A stretch of 64,000 nucleotides of DNA from Gammaproteobacteria bacterium (GCA_031363085.1 JANLTU010000004.1:3055-67054); one strand, 5' to 3'; numbered from the stretch's first letter, positions 12,327-23,822 are shown. Notes: generated from the letters alone by a model not told the origin. Numbers and translations are program-made.

Positions 12327-12530
12327 TACAGCTCTCCTAAGTCATGAAGTTTAGAACGGGTTGCACTCGTTATACCGCATTATCACGAGTGTAAAACCAT
12401 GCGGAATCACAGTGAAAACCGAATATAACTCAACCTGCTCAATTGGCAAAAAAAACCTGTATTTTGCATACATTTGTATTTATCTTCGGATAAATATTTT
12501 TGCGCATCGAGAGCACGTTAAGCGCCATCG

Positions 12531-15500
12531 TTATTCTCGGGAATAACCAAGATTTGGCGCCAGCCAGTGTTCGGCGGTGGCGAGATCCCACCCTTTACGA
12601 TGCGCATAGTCGGCAACTTGATCCGCATTGATTTTGCCAACGGCAAAATATTTGGCCTGCGGGTGCGCGAAATAAAATCCGCTCACCGCTGCCGTGGGCA
12701 GCATCGCGTACGCGTCGGTTAACTCGATCCCGGTGTTGTCTTTTGCTTTGAGTAACTCCCACAGCAAGCCTTTTTCAGTATGCTCCGGGCAGGCTGGGTA
12801 ACCGGGCGCCGGACGGATGCCGTGATATTTTTCATCGACCAGTTCCGTGTTGCTGAGCTGCTCGTCAGACGCGTAACCCCAAAGTTCTTTGCGTACTTTT
12901 TCGTGCAGCATTTCGGCAAACGCTTCCGCCAAACGATCCGCCAGCGCCTTGAGCATAATGGCGCTGTAATCGTCGTGATTTTTTTCAAAGCGCGCCACGT
13001 GCGCGTCGATGCCGATACCGGCGGTGACGGCGAAGCCACCAAAGTAATCCGCTACGCCGCTGTCCTTGGGTGCGATGAAATCCGCAAGACACAGATTCGG
13101 CTTGGCATCGGGCTTGGGTTGTTGCTGACGCAGGAAGTGGAACGTGATCGTGACTTTTTTGCGCGCGTCGTCAGCGAAGATCTCAACATCATCATCGCCC
13201 AGACGATTGGCAGCGAACAAACCGATCACCGCGCGCGCACTTAACCAGCGCTCGGCGATAAGCTGCCGCAACATCGCTTGCGCGTCGTCGAACAGCTTGC
13301 GCGCTTCGACGCCCTGCGCGGCGTCTTGCAGGATTTTCGGATAACTGCCGCGCAGCTCCCACGCCTGAAAGAACGGTGTCCAGTCGATATAGCGCTGAAT
13401 CTCACTAAGCGGAAAATCATCGAAGACCTGAATGCCGAGCTTGCGCGGCTTGACCGGAACATAGCCGTTCCAGTCGATCTTGACTTTATTGGCGCGCGCC
13501 TGGGCCAGCGTCAGCCATTGGGTTTGTTTCTCGCGGCCCAGATACTGCTCACGCACTTCGTCGTATTCGGCGCGGATACGCGCGGCGAACTCGGCGCACG
13601 TGGCGCCGATTAAATTCTGTGCGACGCCTACCGCACGCGACGCGTCTTTCACGTAGATCACCGGATGCGGATAATTCGGCGCGATCTTCACCGCCGTGTG
13701 TGCCCGCGACGTAGTCGCGCCGCCGATCAGCAACGGCAGCGTAAAGCCCTGGCGCTGCATTTCTTTAGCAAGATGCGCCATCTCTTCCAGCGACGGGGTA
13801 ATCAGCCCGGACAAACCGATAATGTCAACGTTATGCTCGCGCGCCGCATCCAGAATTTTTTGCGCGGGCACCATCACGCCCAGATCAATCACTTCAAAGT
13901 TATTGCACTGCAACACCACGCCAACGATGTTTTTGCCGATGTCATGCACGTCGCCCTTGACCGTCGCCATCAGGATTTTTCCGGCCGCACGCGCGTCGGC
14001 GTGCTTCTCGGCCTCGATATAGGGCAGCAGATGCGCGACCGCTTTCTTCATCACACGTGCCGATTTCACCACCTGCGGTAAAAACATTTTTCCGGCGCCG
14101 AACAAATCGCCGACCACATTCATGCCGTCCATCAACGGGCCTTCAATGACTTGAATTGGCCGCACCACAGTCAGACGTGCGGCCTCGGTATCTTCAACCA
14201 CATAAGCGTCAATACCGTGCACCAGTGCGTGCTCCAGGCGCTTGGTCACCAGCCAAGCGCGCCACGCCAAGTCTTCGACTTTTGCGGCCGTGCTCCCGTC
14301 ACCTTTGTATTGATCCGCAATCGCCAGCAGGCGTTCGGTCGCGTCGTCGCGACGGTTGAGCACCACATCTTCAACGCGCTCGCGCAACTCCACAGGCAGG
14401 TCGTCGTACAACGCCAGTTGCCCGGCATTGACGATGCCCATGCTCATACCGGCCTTGATGGCGTGGTACAAAAACACCGAGTGAATCGCTTCGCGCACCG
14501 GGTTGTTGCCGCGAAACGAAAACGACACGTTGCTGACGCCGCCGCTGATCAGCGCGTACGGCAAAGTGTTTTTGATGGCGCGCGTGGCGTTGATGAAGTC
14601 CACGGCGTAATTGTTGTGTTCTTCGATACCGGTCGCGATGGCGAAAATATTCGGATCGAAAATGATGTCTTCCGGCGTAAACCCGGCTTGCTCGATCAGA
14701 AATTTGTAGCTGCGCGTACAAATGTCAACCTTGCGCGCCTGGGTGTCGGCCTGACCCTGCTCATCGAAGGCCATCACCACCGTCGCCGCGCCGTATTTGC
14801 GAATTTTTTTGGCGTGTTCGAGAAACTGCGCCTCGCCTTCTTTCAGCGAAATCGAGTTCACCACGCCCTTGCCCTGAATGCATTTCAGACCGGCTTCGAT
14901 GATCGACCACTTGGACGAGTCGATCATCACCGGCACGCGTGCAATATCCGGCTCGGAGGAAATCAGATTCAGAAACGTAATCATCGCCTGCTCGCCGTCG
15001 AGCATGGCTTCGTCCATGTTGATGTCGATGATCTGCGCGCCGCTCTCGACCTGCTGGCGCGCCACATTCAGCGCCTTGTCGTATTCGCCGTTGAGCACCA
15101 GCTTTTTGAAGGCTGCCGAGCCGGTGACGTTGGTGCGCTCGCCGACGTTGACAAATAAACTATCGCCGGAAATATTGAAGGGCTCGTAACCGCTTAAACG
15201 GCATTGCGGCTCGATCACCGGAATCTTGCGCGGCGCAACATCGCGTACCGCCTCGACAATCGCGCGGATGTGATCCGGCCCGGTGCCACAGCAGCCGCCG
15301 ACGATATTCAACAAGCCGCTGCGCGCCCACTCGCCAATATGTTCGGCCAGCATTTGCGGCGTTTCATCGTAGCCACCGAAGGCGTTGGGCAAGCCGGCAT
15401 TGGGGTGGGAGCTGATATGGCAATTCGCGATGCGGCTCAGCTCGTCGACATACTGACGTAAATCCTGCGCACCTAACGCGCAGTTCAGCCCGAAGGAAAT

Positions 15501-16226
15501 GGGATCGGCGTGGCGCAGTGAGTTATAAAACGCCTCCACGGTTTGGCCGGTCAAGGTGCGGCCCGAGGTGTCGGTGATGGTGCCGGAAACCATGATGGGC
15601 AGTTCGACGCCACTCTGTTCGAAATAAGTCTTGACCGCGAACACCGCCGCTTTCGCATTGAGTGTGTCGAAAATAGTTTCGATCAAAATGAAATCGGCGC
15701 CGCCATCCACAAGCCCGCGCGTCGCTTCGACATAAGCGTTCGCCAGTTGATCGAAGGTGATATTGCGAAAGCTGGGGTTGTTGACATCCGGCGAAATCGA
15801 GCACGTGCGGTTGGTCGGCCCGAGCACCCCGGCGACAAAGCGTGGCTGCTGCGGCGTCTTCGCTGTGGCCGCATCTGCCGCTTCACGAGCGACCCGTGCC
15901 GCCGCAACATTCAGCTCGTACACCAGCGGCTCCATTTGATAATCCGCCATCGAAATTGCGGTGGAGTTGAAACTGTTGGTTTCGAGAATGTCGGCGCCCG
16001 CGTCGAGGTATTGCGTATGAATCTCACGGATGATGTGCGGCTGACTGAGCACCAGTAGATCGTTGTTGCCCTTCACATCGCAGGGGTGATTTTTGAAACG
16101 CGCGCCGCGATAGTCCGCCTCCTGCAAGTTGTAGCCCTGGATCATGGTGCCCATGGCCCCGTCCAGAATCAGGATGCGTTGCTGTAATACTTGCTTGAAT
16201 TGAGCGATGCGCGTGCTGCGACTCAT
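12531..16226 (-). CDS. metH: Cobalamin-dependent methionine synthase
   Basis: 1231 aa containing the homocysteine-binding, pterin-binding, B12-binding ([11 protein letters not shown]) and AdoMet activation domains in order. Confidence 0.97.
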   Translation of the reverse strand: MSRSTRIAQFKQVLQQRILILDGAMGTMIQGYNLQEADYRGARFKNHPCDVKGNNDLLVLSQPHIIREIHTQYLDAGADILETNSFNSTAISMADYQMEPLVYELNVAAARVAREAADAATAKTPQQPRFVAGVLGPTNRTCSISPDVNNPSFRNITFDQLANAYVEATRGLVDGGADFILIETIFDTLNAKAAVFAVKTYFEQSGVELPIMVSGTITDTSGRTLTGQTVEAFYNSLRHADPISFGLNCALGAQDLRQYVDELSRIANCHISSHPNAGLPNAFGGYDETPQMLAEHIGEWARSGLLNIVGGCCGTGPDHIRAIVEAVRDVAPRKIPVIEPQCRLSGYEPFNISGDSLFVNVGERTNVTGSAAFKKLVLNGEYDKALNVARQQVESGAQIIDINMDEAMLDGEQAMITFLNLISSEPDIARVPVMIDSSKWSIIEAGLKCIQGKGVVNSISLKEGEAQFLEHAKKIRKYGAATVVMAFDEQGQADTQARKVDICTRSYKFLIEQAGFTPEDIIFDPNIFAIATGIEEHNNYAVDFINATRAIKNTLPYALISGGVSNVSFSFRGNNPVREAIHSVFLYHAIKAGMSMGIVNAGQLALYDDLPVELRERVEDVVLNRRDDATERLLAIADQYKGDGSTAAKVEDLAWRAWLVTKRLEHALVHGIDAYVVEDTEAARLTVVRPIQVIEGPLMDGMNVVGDLFGAGKMFLPQVVKSARVMKKAVAHLLPYIEAEKHADARAAGKILMATVKGDVHDIGKNIVGVVLQCNNFEVIDLGVMVPAQKILDAAREHNVDIIGLSGLITPSLEEMAHLAKEMQRQGFTLPLLIGGATTSRAHTAVKIAPNYPHPVIYVKDASRAVGVAQNLIGATCAEFAARIRAEYDEVREQYLGREKQTQWLTLAQARANKVKIDWNGYVPVKPRKLGIQVFDDFPLSEIQRYIDWTPFFQAWELRGSYPKILQDAAQGVEARKLFDDAQAMLRQLIAERWLSARAVIGLFAANRLGDDDVEIFADDARKKVTITFHFLRQQQPKPDAKPNLCLADFIAPKDSGVADYFGGFAVTAGIGIDAHVARFEKNHDDYSAIMLKALADRLAEAFAEMLHEKVRKELWGYASDEQLSNTELVDEKYHGIRPAPGYPACPEHTEKGLLWELLKAKDNTGIELTDAYAMLPTAAVSGFYFAHPQAKYFAVGKINADQVADYAHRKGWDLATAEHWLAPNLGYSRE

Positions 16227-16288
16227 GGGTCTACCATCATGAAAAATAGGCGCGCAAGCTTAGCATGGAGCCCTTGCTCGCGGCGCTA

Positions 16289-16717
16289 TCAGCACTGCTC
16301 CCACGGCAAACCGTGATAGCGCCAACCGCCCTGGGTGCTGCGATGGTGGGTCTCGTCGAGATCGCCCTCGAACCCTTCAGTGACGTGACAAATTTCCACG
16401 AAGCCCTCTTTGACAAGCAATTCGCCCGCCTCAAGCGAACGTTTTCCGCTGCGGCAAATCAGCACTACCGGCGCACTGCTGTGTCCCTCATGCGCGCTGA
16501 TTCCGCCCAACATGACCTGACGCACTTGCGACGCGAAATGCGGATTGATTTTCCAGTCCGGCTCGTCGATCCACGGAATATGGATCGCGCCTTTAGGGTG
16601 GCCGACAAATAAAAACTCCATCGACGAGCGCACGTCGATCAACACCGCGCGCGGATTTTTTTGCAGTAGCTCGTAAGCTTGTTTGGGCGTGAGATCGTGA
16701 ACAGGGGTTGCGGTCAT
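16289..16717 (-). CDS. Rhodanese-domain sulfurtransferase
   Basis: Rhodanese fold with the active-site loop CRSGKRS. Start placed at ATG 16717 (MTATPV), which has a GAGGA-type RBS. The ORF-track start at 16741 has no RBS. Confidence 0.8.
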   Translation of the reverse strand: MTATPVHDLTPKQAYELLQKNPRAVLIDVRSSMEFLFVGHPKGAIHIPWIDEPDWKINPHFASQVRQVMLGGISAHEGHSSAPVVLICRSGKRSLEAGELLVKEGFVEICHVTEGFEGDLDETHHRSTQGGWRYHGLPWEQC

Positions 16718-16836
16718 GACGGTGATCCTCGTGGCAGCCATGTGACTGTCGGAATGCTACAACCTATAAAGTAGCGCGGCCATTGTGGCAAGTACTCGAT
16801 ACGGAGCGGCACACCGAAATCCTGAGCAGGCACCCT

Positions 16837-17514
16837 TTAATCTACCGCCTGCTTCGGTCGCCCTCGTGGCCGGTGCCGTAGCACCCGCCCGGTCTTTTTT
16901 TCCAACTTATCAATAAACTTTTCCGAGCCACAGGGCAAGCCTGTTTCCACGTTGCGCCGCAATACCTCCAGTTGCGTCGGCTCGTCACCCTCGGCCAGCC
17001 ACGCCGACCAGTCACCGATGCCTGCAAACTGATCACGCCAATACGGCTTGGCCGTTAATAGCGCGTCTTGCTTTAATCCACAATGTGCAGCGGCGCTGGA
17101 CCACGGATAGCTTTCTGCCTTCCGCAGAAGCTTGGCACGTACTGGATTGCGCTCCACGTAGCGTATGGCCGCCCAAAGATAGGTCTCATCCAGCGGCGAG
17201 GAAAAAAATCGCCCTTGCCAGAGATGCCCCTTCCAGCCTTGGGCACGATTAATCCGTTGGGCGTAGCGCATGTGTAAAGGCTTAAAGACTTGGTGCAGAC
17301 CCGCTTCCGTCGTAGGTACCGCAATCAGGTGAACATGGTTGGTCATCAGGCAGTAAGCGAGAATGTCGACCTTGCACTTCTGCGCATAACCCTTCAACCA
17401 CTGCAAATAGGCTTGCCGGTCAGCATCCGTAAAAAATACATCCTCACGACGATTACCCCGCTGAGTAATGTGGTGGGGCATGCGCGCACAAACATTTCGG
17501 GCAAGTCGAGGCAT
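16837..17514 (-). CDS. REP-associated tyrosine transposase (RAYT, IS200/IS605-like HuH TnpA_REP)
   Basis: 225 aa with the HuH motif (NHVHLI), a catalytic Y region and overall TnpA_REP similarity. No IS-type terminal inverted repeats are present, consistent with a domesticated RAYT. Confidence 0.85.
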   Translation of the reverse strand: MPRLARNVCARMPHHITQRGNRREDVFFTDADRQAYLQWLKGYAQKCKVDILAYCLMTNHVHLIAVPTTEAGLHQVFKPLHMRYAQRINRAQGWKGHLWQGRFFSSPLDETYLWAAIRYVERNPVRAKLLRKAESYPWSSAAAHCGLKQDALLTAKPYWRDQFAGIGDWSAWLAEGDEPTQLEVLRRNVETGLPCGSEKFIDKLEKKTGRVLRHRPRGRPKQAVD

Positions 17515-17548
17515 ACAGTGAAGTTACTACAAGTGGCGTCCAATTAAA

Positions 17549-17592
17549 AGGGAAGCGTCCCTATTTTAAATGGGGACGCTTCCCTTTATTGG
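17549..17592. repeat. Perfect palindrome AAAGGGAAGCGTCCC-(loop about 11 nt)-GGGACGCTTCCCTTT, immediately upstream of the RAYT start.
   Basis: Inspection gives a 15-bp perfect stem. It is a candidate REP-like hairpin associated with the RAYT; no second copy is present in the window. Confidence 0.5.
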
Positions 17593-17650
17593 TTTTAGCT
17601 TGCCGGGCGCGTTACACTGGCGCTCGCTGAAAATCACTTGATCTGAAACC

Positions 17651-18529
17651 ATGCGCGTTATCTTCGTTAAGACATTGTTGCGTTTGTTGTCGCTGCTGCC
17701 GTTGCGGTTGGCGCATGTGTTGGGCGCGCTATTGGGAAATTTTTTTTGGTGGCTGCCGACGCAACTACATCGCGTCACGGCAATCAATGTGCGGCACTGT
17801 TTTCCGGAGCTGAGCACAAGCGCACAAGCCGCTTTGATTCGCGTTAATTTAAATGAAACCGGCAAGACCTTGCTGGAAGTCGGCCCGTTATGGTTCTGGG
17901 AAAAACAACGCCTGCTGGATTTATTTGTGCACATCAGCGGTGAGGACGCAGTGCAGCGCGCGCTGCGCAAACAACGCGGCGTGATCTTTGCTGGGCCGCA
18001 TCTTGGCAGTTGGGAGCTGGTCGGCGCGCACCTGTCCCATCATTATGCAGTGACGACGATGTATCGCCCGCCGCGCCTGCGCGAACTCGAAGCGCTGATG
18101 GTTGCATCACGCGAACGCTTCGGCGCGCACTTGGTGCCGACGACTGCCGCTGGTGTGCGAAATTTATTCCAGGTGCTGGAGCAAGGCGGTTGTGTGGGTA
18201 TCTTGCCTGATCAGGATCCGGGCGAAGGCAGCGGTGCCTTTGCGCCGTTCTTCGGCCAACAGGCGTATAGCATGACATTATTGTCGCGCTTGGCGCGCAA
18301 GACCCACGCCGCAGTGTTTTTTGTTTATGCGCAGCGCCTGCCGCAGGCCGCCGGCTACCATTTGCATTTTGTGCCGGCGCATCCCGACATTGCGCATGCG
18401 GATGCGGAAATCGCCGCGCGCCATCTCAACGCCGGTGTTGAGACCTGTGTGCGGGCGCTGCCGGAGCAATATCAGTGGGGTTACAAGCGCTTTAAAACCC
18501 GCGCGGCGGGTGACGCAGCGATGTACTAA
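17651..18529 (+). CDS. Lipid A biosynthesis (lysophospholipid) acyltransferase, LpxL/HtrB family
   Basis: 292 aa with an N-terminal TM, an HX4D-like region (GPHLGSWE) and LpxL/LpxM family similarity. Confidence 0.8.
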   Translation: MRVIFVKTLLRLLSLLPLRLAHVLGALLGNFFWWLPTQLHRVTAINVRHCFPELSTSAQAALIRVNLNETGKTLLEVGPLWFWEKQRLLDLFVHISGEDAVQRALRKQRGVIFAGPHLGSWELVGAHLSHHYAVTTMYRPPRLRELEALMVASRERFGAHLVPTTAAGVRNLFQVLEQGGCVGILPDQDPGEGSGAFAPFFGQQAYSMTLLSRLARKTHAAVFFVYAQRLPQAAGYHLHFVPAHPDIAHADAEIAARHLNAGVETCVRALPEQYQWGYKRFKTRAAGDAAMY

Positions 18530-18537
18530 AAACCGCG

Positions 18538-18662
18538 AAGAGCTTGGTAGAACCGGAAGGCAAGAGTATCGGGGTTGGGGTGCTGCATGCCATGAGGATT
18601 TCCGCTATTCCGTGTGCGATCCTAAATAGCATCTCTTACCACCGGTTTTACCAAGCTCTCCT
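18538..18662. repeat. Large hairpin element: 20-nt arms (18538..18557 and 18643..18662; 19 of 20 positions can pair, one of them a G-U) enclosing an 85-nt insert. U-tracts follow on both strands.
   Basis: GAAGAGCTTGGTAGAACCGG pairs with CCGGTTTTACCAAGCTCTCC, and a further imperfect extension is possible (GGCAAGAG with CTCTTACC). It lies in the convergent gap between the lpxL-like gene and the Sel1 gene. Read as a bidirectional terminator, a structured RNA, or a MITE-like element. Confidence 0.5.
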
Positions 18663-18680
18663 GTTTTGATATTAAAAATT

Positions 18681-19484
18681 CTAACGCTCAGTGGCCAGGG
18701 CCACGCTGCCATGACCCGCTTTAACCATCGCGTCCAACCGCGCCTTGGCTTTCGGGTAGCCTTGTTGTGCGGCGCGCCGGAACCAGCTCATGGCCTCCAG
18801 GTCGTTTTTGTCAACACCGTTGCCGGCAGCGAACATTCTGCCCATATTAAACTGTGCTTCGGCCAAGCTTTGGTTCGCTGCTTGGCGATACCATTGCATC
18901 GCTTTGGCATAATTCTGCGCGACGCCTGTGCCGGTTTCATACATTGAAGCCAGGGTGTTTTGTGAACGCGGGTCGCCTTTTTGCGCGAACACGTCCAGCT
19001 CGGCCGCCGCGATTCCGAACAGGTATTTGGCCTGCGCCGAATCTTTGGCAATGCCGCGACCTTGCTCAACCAGTTGGCCGAGGCGGTAGTACGACATCAC
19101 TACCCCGCCGTGAGCGGATTTTGCATACCATTGATACATCGCCGCATCGTCGGCTGCGGCAGCCTCGCCGTTAAAATACATTTCCGCCAGATTGTATTGG
19201 GCCAACGCAATTCCGCCCTGCGCCGCTTTTTCAGTCCACTTCAGTGCGGCGGCGGCATCGCGCGGCACACCGATGCCTTCGCTGAACAGGCGCGCCAGCA
19301 TATGTTCGGCGCCGACATCGCCAGTTTTGGCCGCATCCATGAAATAACGGCTGGCTAATGCATGTTCGCCGCTGGCGTAAGCGATCAAGCCGTCTTCATA
19401 CAGATCGGCATGACAAGACCACGACAGGCCGCCTAATATCAGGCCCAGCGCGATAGATTTACTGAAATGTTTGTTAGCACCCAT
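18681..19484 (-). CDS. Sel1-repeat (TPR-like) periplasmic protein
   Basis: 267 aa with a signal peptide and about seven Sel1 repeats (AQYNLAEMYFNGEA, AQFNMGRMFAAGNGVDKN and others). Confidence 0.85.
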   Translation of the reverse strand: MGANKHFSKSIALGLILGGLSWSCHADLYEDGLIAYASGEHALASRYFMDAAKTGDVGAEHMLARLFSEGIGVPRDAAAALKWTEKAAQGGIALAQYNLAEMYFNGEAAAADDAAMYQWYAKSAHGGVVMSYYRLGQLVEQGRGIAKDSAQAKYLFGIAAAELDVFAQKGDPRSQNTLASMYETGTGVAQNYAKAMQWYRQAANQSLAEAQFNMGRMFAAGNGVDKNDLEAMSWFRRAAQQGYPKAKARLDAMVKAGHGSVALATER

Positions 19485-19612
19485 GGTCGTAGCTCCCGTG
19501 ATTCAACCCGTCGATGAATCCACAGTAGCAAGACCAAATTTGCCTGAAAAATAATATCGGATACTTTTCTTATAGGATTTTTGCGAGCAGCAGCGCTCGA
19601 ACATGCCACGCT

Positions 19613-21058
19613 TCAATTGCGCCAGAATGCCGGGGACAGCAGCACGATCAAGGCAAAAATTTCCAGACGACCGAGCAACATGGCGAAGATCAGCACCCAC
19701 TTGCCGAACAGGCTCACCGGGGCGAAAGTGCTGCCCAGGTCATTCAACCCTGCGCCCATATTGTTCAGGCAGGCTGACACCGCCGACAGCGCCGTCACCG
19801 CATCCAGTCCGGTGGCCATCATCACCAGGGTCAGCACGATTGCGCTGATGACGTACAGCGAGAAAAACCCCCAGATGGCGTCCACCACGTGGCCGGGTAA
19901 CGCCTTGCCTGCCACCTTGATCGGAAACACGCCGTGGGGATGCGCCAAGCGCCAGATCTCGCGCATGCCCTGTTTGTACAGCAACATCACGCGCATGATT
20001 TTCAGTCCGCCGGAAGTCGATCCGGCACATCCACCCATGAAGGCGATCAACATCAGTAACACCGGCAGAAACAGAGGCCACTTGGAGAAATCGGCGTTGA
20101 CGAATCCGGTCGTGGTCAATGTCGAGACCACGTTGAACGATCCGTAGCGCAGCGCCTGCCAGGCGTTTGGATAAACCGCCGTCCAGGTCAGCACGGCGGT
20201 GTACAGCAAGATCAATCCCAGCGTGATCATCAGAAACACACGCAACTCGCGATCTTCCAGATAACAGCGCAGCGAGCGTCCGCGCCAGGCAAGAAAATGC
20301 AGGCTGAAATTGATCGCACCCAGCAGCATGAACAGGCTGGCGATGGCTTCGATCAGCGGGCTTTCAAAAAATGCAAAGCTGGCGTCGTGGGTTGAAAACC
20401 CGGCGGTCGCAAGCACCGCAAAACTGTGGCCAACGGCGTCAAACAAACTCATGCCTGCGATCCAAAACGCCAACGCACAGGCGGCGCACAGCCCCACGTA
20501 GGTGTAAGAAAATGCGCGCGCGGTTTCGATGATGCGCGGCGTCAGCTTGCTGTCTTTCATCGGGCCGGGAGTTTCGGCGCGATACAGCGACATGCCACCC
20601 ACGCCCAGCATCGGCAGGATCGCCACCGCCAACACCACGATGCCGATACCGCCGATGAAGGTAAGCTGCTGGCGGTAATACAGGATGGATTTGGGCAACT
20701 GGTCCAGCCCGCTGATGACGGTCGCCCCGGTGGTAGTGAATCCGGACACCGATTCGAATACGGCTTCAGTAAAGGGCAGGTGCGGATCGAACATGAACGG
20801 GATCGCGCCGAAAATACCCAGCACCGTCCAGAACATCACCACCACCACGAAGCCGTCACGCGTGCGTAGCTCGGTGCGCCGGTTGCGTACCGGCAGCCAG
20901 ATGGTTGCGCCCAACAGCGAAAGACCGCTGAACGTGACCAGAAAATCCCACCATTGCGGCTCGGCATAAAACAGGGCCACCAGAAACGGCGGCAGCATAG
21001 TCACACTGTGCAGCATCAATAACAAACCGAGGATGCGCTGGATAACGAGCAGTTGCAT
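19613..21058 (-). CDS. trkH: Trk-system potassium uptake protein TrkH
   Basis: 481 aa multi-TM protein with TrkH/KtrB family similarity (selectivity-filter-like GFTTTGATV, TGF). Confidence 0.93.
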   Translation of the reverse strand: MQLLVIQRILGLLLMLHSVTMLPPFLVALFYAEPQWWDFLVTFSGLSLLGATIWLPVRNRRTELRTRDGFVVVVMFWTVLGIFGAIPFMFDPHLPFTEAVFESVSGFTTTGATVISGLDQLPKSILYYRQQLTFIGGIGIVVLAVAILPMLGVGGMSLYRAETPGPMKDSKLTPRIIETARAFSYTYVGLCAACALAFWIAGMSLFDAVGHSFAVLATAGFSTHDASFAFFESPLIEAIASLFMLLGAINFSLHFLAWRGRSLRCYLEDRELRVFLMITLGLILLYTAVLTWTAVYPNAWQALRYGSFNVVSTLTTTGFVNADFSKWPLFLPVLLMLIAFMGGCAGSTSGGLKIMRVMLLYKQGMREIWRLAHPHGVFPIKVAGKALPGHVVDAIWGFFSLYVISAIVLTLVMMATGLDAVTALSAVSACLNNMGAGLNDLGSTFAPVSLFGKWVLIFAMLLGRLEIFALIVLLSPAFWRN

Positions 21059-21084
21059 CGGTATTTATCCGGCGTCCGGCGGCG

Positions 21085-22458
21085 TCATAAGAAGGTCACC
21101 CCGACTTGAAACAGGCGCTCTACTTCGCCGATACGCCGTTTGTCGACAAGGAATAAAATGATGTGGTCTCCTGCCTGGATCACGGTGTCGTGATGAGCAA
21201 TGATCACGTCGTTGCCGCGCACCACCGCGCCGATGCTTGCGCCCGACGGAAGTTTAATGTCTTGAATCGCGCGACCGACCACCTTGGACGAGCGCGCGTC
21301 GCCGTGCGCCACCGCCTCGATCGCCTCGGCGGCACCCCGCCGCAGCGAATGCACGGCGGCGATGTCGCCGCGCCGGATATGCGCCAGCAGGGTGCCAATG
21401 GTGACTTGCTGCGGTGAGATGGCGATGTCGATAATGCCGCTCTCAACCAAATCGACATACGCGGCCCGGTTAATGAGTGCCATGACTTTACGAGAACCCA
21501 AGCGCTTGGCCAGCATCGACGACAAGATGTTCGCTTCGTCGTCGTTGGTGACGGCGCAGAACACGTCCGTGTGCTCGATATTTTCTTCCAGCAACAAATC
21601 GCCGTCGGCGGCGTCGCCCAGCAGCACCACGGTTTTGTCGAGCTCCTTGGCAACCTGTTCGGTGCGCACCGCGTTGTGGTCGATGAGCTTGACTTGATAG
21701 TCGCGTTCGAGCGTGCGCGCCAAGCGCACGCCGATATTGCCGCCGCCGGCAATGACGATGCGCTTGTAGGGTTTGTCGAGCCGCCGCAGCTCGCCCATCA
21801 CCGCGCGGATATTGTTTTTGGCGGCGACGAAAAACACTTCGTCGTCAGCTTCGATCTTGGTGTTGCCTTCGGGAATAATCGGCTTGCCACGCCGGAAGAT
21901 CGCTGCGACGCGGGTCTCGACATTTGGCATGTGCTTGCGTAACTCGCGCAAATCGTTGCCCACCAGCGGCCCGCCGTAATACGCTTTCAACCCGACCAAC
22001 TGCACCTTGCCGCCGGCGAAGTCCAACACCTGCAACGCACCGGGGTACTCGATCAGCCGCAGAATATAATCGGTGATCAACTGCTCGGGACTGATGATCA
22101 TATCCACCGGAAAAGCCTCCGGTGTAAACAATTGGGTGTTGCGCAGGTAATCCACCGCACGCACGCGCGCGATCTTGGTCGGGGTATGAAACAAGGTGTA
22201 GGCGACCTGGCAGGCCACCATGTTGATTTCGTCGCTGTTAGTCACGGCGATAATCATGTCGGCATCGTCGGCACCCGCGCGCGCCAGCACCTCAGGATGC
22301 GAGGCGTGACCATGCACCGTGCGCAAGTCCAGGCGGTCTTGCAGATCCTGCAATTTTTTAAGATCGGAATCGATCACGGTGATGTCGTTGGCTTCGTGCG
22401 CAAGGTTGGCCGCGACCGACGCACCTACCTGTCCCGCGCCAAGAATAATGATCTTCAT
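21085..22458 (-). CDS. trkA: Trk-system potassium uptake protein TrkA (tandem RCK/NAD-binding domains)
   Basis: 457 aa with two Rossmann motifs: [16 protein letters not shown] and [14 protein letters not shown]. Confidence 0.93.
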   Translation of the reverse strand: MKIIILGAGQVGASVAANLAHEANDITVIDSDLKKLQDLQDRLDLRTVHGHASHPEVLARAGADDADMIIAVTNSDEINMVACQVAYTLFHTPTKIARVRAVDYLRNTQLFTPEAFPVDMIISPEQLITDYILRLIEYPGALQVLDFAGGKVQLVGLKAYYGGPLVGNDLRELRKHMPNVETRVAAIFRRGKPIIPEGNTKIEADDEVFFVAAKNNIRAVMGELRRLDKPYKRIVIAGGGNIGVRLARTLERDYQVKLIDHNAVRTEQVAKELDKTVVLLGDAADGDLLLEENIEHTDVFCAVTNDDEANILSSMLAKRLGSRKVMALINRAAYVDLVESGIIDIAISPQQVTIGTLLAHIRRGDIAAVHSLRRGAAEAIEAVAHGDARSSKVVGRAIQDIKLPSGASIGAVVRGNDVIIAHHDTVIQAGDHIILFLVDKRRIGEVERLFQVGVTFL

Positions 22459-23822
22459 TCTTTGTATTCTTTGATTTGCTTGGTATCGATACCCAGGGCG
22501 CGGAATTTGCGATACAGATGGGTGCGCTCCATGCCGGCTTGTTTTGCGACCAAACCGACGTTGCCGCTGGCCTGTTTCAAATGATGTTCGAGATAGCTTT
22601 TCTCGAAGCGTTCGCGCGCTTCGCGCAGCGGCAGATCAAAGCCGTCGCTGGCCGCCACCATGGCCACGGCGGTCTGCTCGGCGATGGCGGTTTCCACCTC
22701 GTGGCTGCCAATCTGCGGCGTCGTGCCGAGCATCAACAGCCGGTGCACGAAATTGCGCAGCTCCAATACGTTGCCGGGCCACGGGTAATTGCGTAACCAG
22801 TTTTGCGCCGCCAAGCTGAATTTTCGGTAAGGCAATTGTTCGCTGCCGACAAACATATCGGTGAAATGATTGAGCAAGTCGGGAATGTCTTCGACATGCT
22901 CGCGCAACGACGGCATGTTCAACGCAATCTCCGCGAGACGGTAATACAATTCTTCACGGAATTTTCCGCTCGCAACCGCTTCTTTCAAGTTCACCCGCGT
23001 CGCGGCGATCAAGCGCACGTCGACCTCAATGCGCCGCGCGCCGCCCACGCGCTTGAAGGAGCGCGTCGTACACGCGTCCAGCAACTTCGCCTGACAGGCC
23101 AGATCGACATCGGCGACATCGTTTAAATACAAAATGCCGCCTTGCGCTTCCTCGAAACAACCGGTTTTGATTTCGCCGGCAGCCTCGCGGCCGAACAATA
23201 TTTCTTCGGTGCGCGCGTTGTTGAGCTGGGCGACGGTGGCGACCACGAAGGGACGATCTTTACGCGCGCCGCATTGATGCATATAACGCGCAAGCGTCTC
23301 CTTGCCGCTGCCGGATTCGCCGCTGATCAACAACCACGCGTTGAATTCCGCCACGCGCCGCGCCTGGTCGCGCAGCCGCTGCATGACGATGCTGCGGCCG
23401 ACCGGCTCGACCGCGATGCGCGGTAGCGCATAACGGGCGGGCTCCTTGCCCGACCGACCCTGCGCCAGAGCTTTTTGTACCGTCTGGAGCAGCTTGCCCA
23501 ACGACAAGGGCTTCTCGATAAAATCAAATGCGCCCAGCCGGGTGGCCTCCACCGCCGACTCCACGGTGCCATGTCCTGACACCATCACCACCGGCGCGCG
23601 CAAACCGGCAGCGACCCATTCCTGCAACAAGGAAATGCCATCGATGTCGGGCATCCAGATATCCAGCAGCACCAGATCCGGCGCGTGCTCAAGCAACAAG
23701 CTGCGCGCGCTGGCACCGTCTTGCGCAATGCCGACGGCATAGCCTTCGTCTTCCAGAATGTCTTTCACCAACGCGCGAATATCCGGCTCGTCGTCGACCA
23801 CCATAATGAAAGGCTTCATCAT
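22455..23822 (-). CDS. ntrX: Sigma-54-dependent response regulator NtrX
   Basis: REC domain (VVDDEPDIR...D at LLDIWMPD), AAA+ sigma-54 activator core ([14 protein letters not shown]-region equivalents) and a C-terminal HTH. It follows ntrY, overlaps the trkA start by 4 bp, and overall follows the conserved rsmB-DUF4390-ntrY-ntrX order. Confidence 0.88.
   Translation of the reverse strand: MMKPFIMVVDDEPDIRALVKDILEDEGYAVGIAQDGASARSLLLEHAPDLVLLDIWMPDIDGISLLQEWVAAGLRAPVVMVSGHGTVESAVEATRLGAFDFIEKPLSLGKLLQTVQKALAQGRSGKEPARYALPRIAVEPVGRSIVMQRLRDQARRVAEFNAWLLISGESGSGKETLARYMHQCGARKDRPFVVATVAQLNNARTEEILFGREAAGEIKTGCFEEAQGGILYLNDVADVDLACQAKLLDACTTRSFKRVGGARRIEVDVRLIAATRVNLKEAVASGKFREELYYRLAEIALNMPSLREHVEDIPDLLNHFTDMFVGSEQLPYRKFSLAAQNWLRNYPWPGNVLELRNFVHRLLMLGTTPQIGSHEVETAIAEQTAVAMVAASDGFDLPLREARERFEKSYLEHHLKQASGNVGLVAKQAGMERTHLYRKFRALGIDTKQIKEYKE

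Noticed and set aside
14151-15158. 335-aa plus-strand ORF inside metH
   Set aside because: It is entirely antisense to the 1231-aa metH. It is a typical high-GC shadow ORF with an Arg/His-rich nonsense translation.
19503-19700. 65-aa ORF in the Sel1–trkH intergenic region
   Set aside because: It is short, overlaps the trkH 3' end, and has no RBS or homology.
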